From a virus (Duplodnaviria > Caudoviricetes), in IMG/VR virus record IMGVR_UViG_3300002835_000097, positions 1-64,000 of that record: a DNA stretch of 64,000 nt; one strand, given 5' to 3'. The translations under genes were made by a program, and so were the position numbers. Positions 56,381 to 64,000 of the stretch are shown here, in pieces (within the stretch, counting starts at the first letter, position 1; each line of letters opens with the position of its first letter). Under the pieces are notes generated by a model. It made no database searches. It had not been told where the DNA came from and worked only from the letters and a program-made list of their open reading frames with translations.

Positions 56381-59300
56381 ATGATAAATAATAAACTAAT
56401 AAAAGTATTTGATAATGTTGGATTTTCATTTACGATAGAAAATGATCATTTTAAAATTTTATCAAAACTTAAAAATTATAATTCATTAAATTCTACTCAT
56501 GTTGGTTTTTATATACCTTATATAGCAAGAAATATATCTTATCAATATTTTGAAACTGGTGTTGGAGAAATAGTATTTGATGGCGCTGGTAATATCTCCG
56601 TTAAAAGAAACTCTATTTCATCATCTTCTAATGAAAATAAATCAGTTTTCTTTCCAGATTCTGGTAATGAATTTTATGTTTTTGCTAATCAAAGTTATTT
56701 TGATACACTATTAAATAATGTTATTATATTAGATCGTAGCTCAATATTAGATAATATAAGTGCTATATATTTAGTAGATACTTCTAATGGAGACATATCT
56801 CTAACATTACCAAGTCCATCTAAAAAAGATATTTTTCTAGAATTTAAAGTAATACAATCATCTAATGCTTTAACTATTAGAGATTATAACGATAGAGTAT
56901 TAACTGTTCTTGTGGGTAGCAATAATTATATCAGACTGGTTTCTACTGGCGAGGATTGGGTAGTACTAAACAAAATATCAGAGTCTGCTAATATACAGTC
57001 ATTATCTGAAAATGATTCAGTATCAATGTTATCTAATCCTGTAGGCTCTAACTATTCTTTACAATATAAATATGATGATACAACTTTTGGATCCTCACAA
57101 GCGTACTGGTATTCTACTGCTAGTGGACAAGCTCTATTATTGGGTGCTGATAACCTCAATGATGCGAACTCGGTTCTTGCGACATCAGGAACAAATAATT
57201 TTCTATTTAATAAAAACAATGCAGCTAATGATTTTATAGTTTATGGTAGTGGTACAGATAATAGAAATTTATTTTTCTCGTATGATGGTAAATTAGGTAT
57301 TAATATGCCATCAGGAGTAAAGCCATCAACATTATTACACATAGTTAATAATCTATGTCAAAATTGTCAAGAAGGTATTAGATTAGAAAATAGGGCCTCG
57401 ACTTATCCTACAAATATTACTTTATATTATAAACCATCAACTAATATTCCAGCTAATACTATAGTCTCAAGACTACAATTATCAGCATCTAATTCTTCTG
57501 GCATCCAAACAAACTATGGAAAAATAGAAGCTAGAGCAGTAAGTTCATCTCATGGATCCGAAAGAGGCGCGATTGATTTGATAGTTGTATCAGGAAGTAC
57601 AGGGGTAAAAACACTCAATACTAGTGTTGAAAATACTATTTTAGGATATCCAAACACTAAAATTACTATTAATAATAATGGAAATATGATACTGTCTAAT
57701 GGGTCAAACCAGATAGAGGTCGGATCCTCATCAACCACAGTATCATCTGAAACAGTAACAATAACTGGTATTTCATATTTAAATACAATTAATTCTCAAA
57801 ATATAACTTCTCCAAATATTTATGTTAGCAGTTTATCTCAAAGTGGATTGTTAACAATGTCTAATGGTAAAATTGCTAATAGTCAGATAACAATTAATAG
57901 CAATGGGTCTTTAAATTTACCTATTCCCTCAAACAGAATACTCAGTACAACATCCAATGGCTTGGTAACTGGTATTTATAATACAGATGATTATTTCTTA
58001 ACGCAAAAAGATATAACATGGAATAAATATTCTCCAAAATCAGCTACAGTATGTTTAAGACAAGTTATATTAGTAAATCCAATTAGTTCAAATGAGTTTT
58101 CTGTTGATGATCAAATACTAATTAGTTTATCGGGCACTAATTATTATAGAAATATAGATACAATAACACTAAATGGTGGTAATCAAATTACAGAAATGTT
58201 ATTAGATACAGCCGTTCCTTTTGGTGATACTAACGATATTACTATACAGTCTATTACCAAGGGTGGATATTTAAGTCTTTTTAGATACGCAGACAATGAA
58301 ACTTCCGACTCAACATCTCATATTTTGAGCATTAGACCCAATTTCAGTACAGTATTTAATACATCCAAAAAAGATACAAATTTTGAAATCTATGGATTGA
58401 ATAATAGTCCAGCTTTATTTGTACAAGCTAGTGGTTCAAGTGTAGGAATCAATACATCAAACTTATTCACTATACCATCTGGGCAAAATGTAATTTTTCA
58501 ACAACCCAGTAACATTCCAGCAAGTTTAACAGTTAGTGGCTGGCTGTATTCAGATAATATTATGGTTGGATCAGCAAGCTCTGATGTTCCCGCGCTAGTC
58601 AGTCCAGGCATAATAGAATCAAGTGGAATAAGAGCCAAAAAAGTACAGTACATAAGTCTTGAACAAATAGATATTTCGGGAAATGTAATATCATCATCAA
58701 CTTCTTCAATAATAAACAATAAAGTTGTAACTACTTTTGATCAGGGTATCAGAGCCTATGCTAATACTGGTGACCCAGGTTTATATTTGTATCCCAAAAT
58801 TAATAATGCATTGAGTGGAAATGCTTATGGTGGAGTTTCTTTTACTACATTTTTAGACAGAGCCAAGTCAACTGCATCAGGATGGTCTTATGATAGAAAA
58901 TCTAAAACCACTATTAATACTGATACTCCATATATTTTAGGTTCATTAGCAACTGGAACATACGAAGCTAATGGTATAACAGTAACAGGATATGGTTATT
59001 TATATTCAGATTTAACCGTAAATGGTATTGCTTACGCATCCGAAATAGTATCTGAAGATATATATTTAAGACCAGCTCCAAGTACAAATAATACTGGTAA
59101 ATATATAGCAAATGCATTTTTAACTTTAGATCGTAATGGCAAAATAGTTTCACAAATTCCAACAGCCAATTACACAACTCCAACTGCTCCTCAAAATCTA
59201 TCAGCAACACAAGGCAACGGTATTGGTAATGGTGAGGTTTCTTTATCTTGGACAGCTCCTCAAAGTAATGGCGGCACTTCAATACTAGCTTATATACTAG

Positions 59301-59899
59301 AATTTTCTTTGGATTCTGGTTCAACATGGACAAGATTGCCTGTGGGTAATTATACTTTAAACAGGGCACTAAGTAATTCTACTCATTGTTCAATTTTAGG
59401 ATTATCTTCTTTAAACACTTATCGTTTTAGGGTCGCTGCTCAAAATAATGTTGGAATTGGATCTTTTTCACAGAATTCTTCAGCAATAACCCCAGCGTCC
59501 TCTGCTCCAAAGGCCGTAAATAACATAACGTATACTAGAACCTTTAATGATAATAATACATCAAGCATTGCATTAAGTTGGTCTGCAAGCGATGCTGGAG
59601 GATCTGCAATTATAGGTTATACTATTCAAGAGTCAACAGATAAGGGGTTAACATGGCAGGATTACAATAATACATCTAATTTAATAGATGATACCTCAGA
59701 AACCATATATGGAACAAGTTCTAGTTTAGATTATTATTATAGAGTTTCTGCTTGGAATAATTATAATAGTTTAAATAATCAAAGTGCATTTGCTTACTCC
59801 TATGTTTCTGGAACAAATCCTGGAGCGCCATTTGACACAATAGATAGTAGTTTTTCTAATTGGGACTTTGGTATGGTATTATTTACAGGAGTGTGTTAA
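56381..59899 (+). CDS. large tail-associated protein with two C-terminal fibronectin type III domains
   Basis: PTAPQNL...VSLSWTAPQSNGG..I..Y...YRFRVAAQN and a second LSWSA...YYYRVSAWN. Confidence 0.75.
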   Translation: MINNKLIKVFDNVGFSFTIENDHFKILSKLKNYNSLNSTHVGFYIPYIARNISYQYFETGVGEIVFDGAGNISVKRNSISSSSNENKSVFFPDSGNEFYVFANQSYFDTLLNNVIILDRSSILDNISAIYLVDTSNGDISLTLPSPSKKDIFLEFKVIQSSNALTIRDYNDRVLTVLVGSNNYIRLVSTGEDWVVLNKISESANIQSLSENDSVSMLSNPVGSNYSLQYKYDDTTFGSSQAYWYSTASGQALLLGADNLNDANSVLATSGTNNFLFNKNNAANDFIVYGSGTDNRNLFFSYDGKLGINMPSGVKPSTLLHIVNNLCQNCQEGIRLENRASTYPTNITLYYKPSTNIPANTIVSRLQLSASNSSGIQTNYGKIEARAVSSSHGSERGAIDLIVVSGSTGVKTLNTSVENTILGYPNTKITINNNGNMILSNGSNQIEVGSSSTTVSSETVTITGISYLNTINSQNITSPNIYVSSLSQSGLLTMSNGKIANSQITINSNGSLNLPIPSNRILSTTSNGLVTGIYNTDDYFLTQKDITWNKYSPKSATVCLRQVILVNPISSNEFSVDDQILISLSGTNYYRNIDTITLNGGNQITEMLLDTAVPFGDTNDITIQSITKGGYLSLFRYADNETSDSTSHILSIRPNFSTVFNTSKKDTNFEIYGLNNSPALFVQASGSSVGINTSNLFTIPSGQNVIFQQPSNIPASLTVSGWLYSDNIMVGSASSDVPALVSPGIIESSGIRAKKVQYISLEQIDISGNVISSSTSSIINNKVVTTFDQGIRAYANTGDPGLYLYPKINNALSGNAYGGVSFTTFLDRAKSTASGWSYDRKSKTTINTDTPYILGSLATGTYEANGITVTGYGYLYSDLTVNGIAYASEIVSEDIYLRPAPSTNNTGKYIANAFLTLDRNGKIVSQIPTANYTTPTAPQNLSATQGNGIGNGEVSLSWTAPQSNGGTSILAYILEFSLDSGSTWTRLPVGNYTLNRALSNSTHCSILGLSSLNTYRFRVAAQNNVGIGSFSQNSSAITPASSAPKAVNNITYTRTFNDNNTSSIALSWSASDAGGSAIIGYTIQESTDKGLTWQDYNNTSNLIDDTSETIYGTSSSLDYYYRVSAWNNYNSLNNQSAFAYSYVSGTNPGAPFDTIDSSFSNWDFGMVLFTGVC

Positions 59900-60429
59900 T
59901 GAAAATTTTATTAAAAAGAGATGAAACAAGCCTAGGGTTCCCTGGCCCAGATCAGGTGAGCATTGGTGAATTAGTCATGAATAGTAAAACTGGTAAATTA
60001 TATTCCAAACTTACTGACGGATCAATAATAGAATGGTCTGGTAAAATTGTTTGTCCTAGTAACACTCTATCAACAGATGCTAGATTATATTATAAATCTT
60101 CGCTAGTAAGTACAAATTTAATTAGTAACTTTTGCAGCACTGGTGATGCTCTGGAATTTGAAGTTCTACCCATAATAAACGATTTTACTGATTACTCTTT
60201 TGAATTTGTAGAACTAACGAATAATTCTTCTGTTGGTAATATAGCTATATCTGAACCTGTTTATAGTACATATACAGATAATGGAATAACTCAATCAAAG
60301 GTTTCTGTTCGTGTTACTTTATCTATACCGAATCCACAACAATCAACTAGTATTTTCAAGTTTTCAGTATCAAGAACAGATATTAGTCAAAAAATTATTG
60401 AAAAACTAATAACAATACAGTGCGTGTAA
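59899..60429 (+). CDS. virion protein with fibre-type N-terminal motif
   Basis: ILLKRD......GELVMNSKTGKLY resembles the Mtd-N-like starts of the fibres; TAATG overlap. Confidence 0.55.
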   Translation: MKILLKRDETSLGFPGPDQVSIGELVMNSKTGKLYSKLTDGSIIEWSGKIVCPSNTLSTDARLYYKSSLVSTNLISNFCSTGDALEFEVLPIINDFTDYSFEFVELTNNSSVGNIAISEPVYSTYTDNGITQSKVSVRVTLSIPNPQQSTSIFKFSVSRTDISQKIIEKLITIQCV

Positions 60430-60433
60430 TACT

Positions 60434-61327
60434 ATGATTAACGAATTCAATACTAATATAAATAATTTAGAAAATGGTATTATATTAACTTTTCCGTCTC
60501 CAAGCTCTTTGAGTTTACATCAAGAATATATTTGCTATTTTAGCACTACTAATATTATACCAGATAATGTTTTAACAGATATTACTTTTGCTCCTTCTTC
60601 TTACGCAATAAGCGGGTCAAATAATAGTCCCATTACAGCAATAGCAAAAGGAAAATTGTCTCATAAGATATATACAAAAATTTTAATTAGATTACAAATA
60701 AAAGATATCTCTAATGTTATTGTTCATATAGACTATATCTTGGTTAATTGTTCTCCTGTCAATACATCTTTCTCTATTAATGGAAAGATTTTAGCTGAAA
60801 CTCCTGCTAATTATGGTCCTAATGGCGGCAGATTATTCGTCATGTCAGAAGCTAATCAATTAGCTCCATCATTAGTAACAGAGGGTGATGTTTTAACTAA
60901 TCCATTAATACCAGAAACTCTTAGAGTAAAAATAGGAAAAAATATAGATCCTTTTACGTTTGAGCTGAATGCAGCTCCTATAGCAGGACTAATTGAATCT
61001 TCTATTAATAATCCTAAATTAAATAAAAGTGAATATTCTGGAAGTTTTACAATAACAAAGTCAGAGTGTGTAGGAATTAATTTACATGAATATCCTAAAT
61101 ATACTATTTTAGACCAATCTAATAATTGGACATATTCAATAAATAATAAAATATTAGCCCAATTTATTCCAGACGATGCAGAAGAAAGTTATGACTCTGT
61201 GATCATGCTACCATTAAAAGATTTTTCTCTTTTGGATGATACTCAGCCACAGAGTATACCGTTTATTTCGTCGGTCATTATTGGAGGAACAGTTGGCCAC
61301 ACGTTTACTCCTGTCACAAATATATAA
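60434..61327 (+). CDS. hypothetical virion protein (297 aa)
   Basis: ORF in operon, beta-rich composition. Confidence 0.65.
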   Translation: MINEFNTNINNLENGIILTFPSPSSLSLHQEYICYFSTTNIIPDNVLTDITFAPSSYAISGSNNSPITAIAKGKLSHKIYTKILIRLQIKDISNVIVHIDYILVNCSPVNTSFSINGKILAETPANYGPNGGRLFVMSEANQLAPSLVTEGDVLTNPLIPETLRVKIGKNIDPFTFELNAAPIAGLIESSINNPKLNKSEYSGSFTITKSECVGINLHEYPKYTILDQSNNWTYSINNKILAQFIPDDAEESYDSVIMLPLKDFSLLDDTQPQSIPFISSVIIGGTVGHTFTPVTNI

Positions 61328-61328
61328 G

Positions 61329-61336
61329 GGTGTATA
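61329..61336 (+). promoter_or_regulatory. candidate late promoter GGTGTATA
   Basis: Intergenic, 51 bp before ATG 61380. Confidence 0.55.
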
Positions 61337-61379
61337 TCTCATTACAGCCATATAAACTTCATTATTAAAAGAGTCTATT

Positions 61380-62366
61380 ATGATAATAAATAGTCCATTA
61401 TGTATAACACACTATGCTGGACAAACTCCATTAAATTTAACCGGTCAATCAGCAAATTTGACGCCGGATCAATTAATAGATTTTAACAAATTATTACAAT
61501 CTGTTAGTACTATATATGCAAGTCAAAATCCTCCCAACGGAGCAGTTCCAACTTTCTGGACAAAACCTTTGGCAGTTGAGAATGGAGTAAAAATATATCA
61601 ACCAGACTCGAATTCTACGCTAGTGTCATTACAGCCTAGACAGTCTTACTATTTTATAATGAGAGAATCTGCACAATTACCAATAAATATCCCAGCAGCC
61701 GGAGGTCCATTAGAAGGATTTATAGATGATATACAGAATTTACCATCTATTAAAATAATAACTTCAACAGTGCCTGTTTCTAATTTAACAGCAATGTCCT
61801 ATCCGTCTGCTTCTATAACATCTCCAGAAAATAATCCAGTTGTTGTTCCTCCTGTTGTTGAAGGATCCGAAGGAAACACCAATAATGAGACAATGGGCAC
61901 CCAAGCCATTATACCTAATTCATTTAATGCGACTAATAATACTTATAGTTTTAATATAGCCGTTACTGGATTACAATCTTATAAAAACTACACCTATAGT
62001 GTTGATGTTATTGATGCTGAATGGCCAACCTATTTTGTTGGAAAACCTTCTGGCACATTAACTACTGGTAAAAATACATTAGACACAATAGAAGATATAT
62101 CATCTGTAACTAACCGATTAGTATTTTGTGCATCTGGCGCCTGTGATTCTTATCCAGAAATATTGAATCCATATACAACACCTGATTATCCTATTCTTTG
62201 GCGATCCAGTATCGACTATAGAGTAATTATTAGAGCATCACTTAAATGTGATGATTGCCTAAATGATAATACTGTATATAGCGATTATATAATATTAAAA
62301 TACGCCACCTCTAACCTTAACACGACACCATCTTTGCCTAATATTAGTTTCAAAATAACAGAATAA
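61380..62366 (+). CDS. hypothetical protein with one WP/FC..G.C repeat domain
   Basis: TGLQSYKNYTY...AEWP....KPSG...VFCASGAC. Confidence 0.7.
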   Translation: MIINSPLCITHYAGQTPLNLTGQSANLTPDQLIDFNKLLQSVSTIYASQNPPNGAVPTFWTKPLAVENGVKIYQPDSNSTLVSLQPRQSYYFIMRESAQLPINIPAAGGPLEGFIDDIQNLPSIKIITSTVPVSNLTAMSYPSASITSPENNPVVVPPVVEGSEGNTNNETMGTQAIIPNSFNATNNTYSFNIAVTGLQSYKNYTYSVDVIDAEWPTYFVGKPSGTLTTGKNTLDTIEDISSVTNRLVFCASGACDSYPEILNPYTTPDYPILWRSSIDYRVIIRASLKCDDCLNDNTVYSDYIILKYATSNLNTTPSLPNISFKITE

Positions 62367-62391
62367 TTGATCAAATTTAACAATCTAATAT

Positions 62392-62399
62392 GGTGTATT
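62392..62399 (+). promoter_or_regulatory. candidate late promoter GGTGTATT
   Basis: Intergenic, 42 bp before ATG 62434. Confidence 0.5.
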
Positions 62400-62433
62400 A
62401 ACCATTGATTACCATATGTTTTGAGGTATTATA

Positions 62434-63258
62434 ATGCCAAATCCAAAAGACGTTACTGTAACATTGACCAATTTAACTCCAAATGAAAAGTATAACTATA
62501 CTTTCAAAAGCATAAGTTCTAATTGGCCCATAACTATAACTCCTATTAGTGGAATATTTTCTTCAACTAGTACTAGTGGGACCATATCTGCTTCCGCTTA
62601 TTTTTGTCCAACTAAAACCAGTTGTGATGAAAATTATGAGGGATATCTTCCATGCACAGAACATTTTTGTACAGTAGGGGACGATTATTTTAGTAATATA
62701 GCTATTGATTTTAATCTAGTAAGAGATCCAACGAAAATTTATCAAAGTTCTGCATTTAAATTAAGCTCCAATTATAGTCTACCAAAAGCCGAGATAACAG
62801 CCTCCCAAACATTATTGACTACGAACGATGAAACAAATTTGAGTATTAAATTTATTAATCTTACTCCACAAAAAACTTATCAATATTCTATATATTCTTT
62901 AGATGCTAATTGGCCATTCGTTGTTTCTTCACCAACAGGATATTTTCATTCTGGTAGCGGTGGAACTCCAGCAAATCCAGTAGTATTAAATATAGATGCT
63001 GGATTCTGCCAGAATTCAGGAGTTTGTTATAATGGTAGATATGGAGTTTTAAATTATTCAATTAATAATCATCCAAAATTGCATTGGTATAATCCTGAAG
63101 TTACTATTAGATTATCGTATTCCGATACAGAGTATTCCGATATTGTACATGACAGTAATATAGCTAAATTTTATTGTTCTGATTGCATAGCAATTCAAGA
63201 GAGTCAAGCAACTAAAAGTGTAAATATATCACTCAGCACACCATCAAATTGTACTTAA
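62434..63258 (+). CDS. hypothetical protein with two NWP/FC repeat domains
   Basis: NLTP..KYNY...NWP...P.SG...FC twice. Confidence 0.75.
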   Translation: MPNPKDVTVTLTNLTPNEKYNYTFKSISSNWPITITPISGIFSSTSTSGTISASAYFCPTKTSCDENYEGYLPCTEHFCTVGDDYFSNIAIDFNLVRDPTKIYQSSAFKLSSNYSLPKAEITASQTLLTTNDETNLSIKFINLTPQKTYQYSIYSLDANWPFVVSSPTGYFHSGSGGTPANPVVLNIDAGFCQNSGVCYNGRYGVLNYSINNHPKLHWYNPEVTIRLSYSDTEYSDIVHDSNIAKFYCSDCIAIQESQATKSVNISLSTPSNCT

Positions 63259-63277
63259 TAAAAATAAAGAGGAAATA

Positions 63278-64000
63278 ATGTCAACTATCCAAGCAATAAA
63301 TGTTAAAGTAAGTGGATTTGATCCTGCTACAAAATATAATTTTATTTTTAAGAATAATGGTGGAAACTGGCCTGTAAGAATATCTCCATTGTCTGGTGTG
63401 TTTTTCCCCGACAGTGTTAAATCATATGTTTATTTTTGTTCGAATTCTGGAGAATGTCCAGAATCTGACCCTAATGTATTTTATAATGTTCCAGAAAATA
63501 GTCTTACCGCACCTGGTTTAGATCTAGATAATAAAAGTTTATATACTATTTTAGATTTAGAAATTAGAGATAATGATTCTGATGAACTTCTATATACTCA
63601 TCCGTGCATAGTGCAGTGTGATCAATGTATTCCATCATCATTATCTTTATCTTTTAATAATGGAGATGGCGACCTATCATTAACAAGCACTGATGGAAAT
63701 TCAAAAACATTTAATGTTAAATGTGAAGGTTTAATACCAAATCAAGAATATACTTATGTTTTGAATGGAGGAGGAGGTAATTGGCCTTTAAAAGTAACGC
63801 CCAGATCAGGAATCATTACCACCTCATCTTCTGATTTTACCGTTAATGGACTACTATCTTTTTGTCCATCAACAGGAGCTTGTCCAAGCACAGATCCGTC
63901 TATAATTAATTATCAGAATATACAAAATAGAAGATTTACTGAAGATCCTTATTCTATTATAGATGTATCGTTAACTCCAAATGATAGTACATTTCAAAAT
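63278..64000 (+). CDS. partial ORF (runs off window) with two NWP/FC repeat domains
   Basis: AGAGGA RBS; hand translation MSTIQAINVKVSGFDPATKYNF...GNWPVRISPLSG...FCSNSGEC, open to the window end. Confidence 0.75.
   Translation, partial: MSTIQAINVKVSGFDPATKYNFIFKNNGGNWPVRISPLSGVFFPDSVKSYVYFCSNSGECPESDPNVFYNVPENSLTAPGLDLDNKSLYTILDLEIRDNDSDELLYTHPCIVQCDQCIPSSLSLSFNNGDGDLSLTSTDGNSKTFNVKCEGLIPNQEYTYVLNGGGGNWPLKVTPRSGIITTSSSDFTVNGLLSFCPSTGACPSTDPSIINYQNIQNRRFTEDPYSIIDVSLTPNDSTFQN

Noticed and set aside
41562-56429. Many antisense ORFs within the TMP gene
   Set aside because: These are shadow ORFs expected opposite a long biased coding frame; no RBS or motif support was noticed.
1-64000. tRNA/rRNA genes or stop-codon reassignment
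   Set aside because: No cloverleaf or rRNA-like sequence was noticed by eye, and genes are long and tightly packed in the standard code; tRNAscan-SE would be needed to exclude tRNAs formally.

Overview
This window is part of a large tailed-phage (Caudoviricetes) genome, read in the standard code. No sheath gene is visible, so it is probably a siphovirus; weak hints point to a Planctomycetota/PVC-type host. (1) 1-3800 is a more GC-rich minus-strand array of very small genes, most with their own sigma70 promoter. It is divided into ~0.8-1.2 kb cassettes by five copies (one truncated) of an 82-bp element: two 29-bp quasi-palindromes in inverted orientation, exactly 24 bp apart. (2) 5000-15600 holds a phage sigma-like factor, GDP-mannose 4,6-dehydratase, HNH and ERCC4 nucleases, terminase large subunit, portal, protease/scaffold, decoration protein and major capsid protein. 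(3) 15600-35300 holds a fibre/lectin cluster with a sulfotransferase, then head-completion and neck genes. (4) 35400-56350 holds three paralogous tail-tube genes, probable chaperones and a 4950-aa tape measure protein. That protein carries two cargo blocks, recognised by motif: SNase-like nuclease, P-loop kinase, HxGH nucleotidyltransferase, PD-(D/E)xK-like nuclease, ADP-ribosyltransferase, EF-hand and HExxH peptidase, separated by about 19 [FYL]xxGG motifs. (5) 56380-64000 holds FN3 and Cys-containing repeat-domain virion proteins. A GGTGTAT(A/T) motif about 36-56 bp before nine gene starts is a candidate late promoter. All protein calls come from reading motifs by eye; no database search was run.
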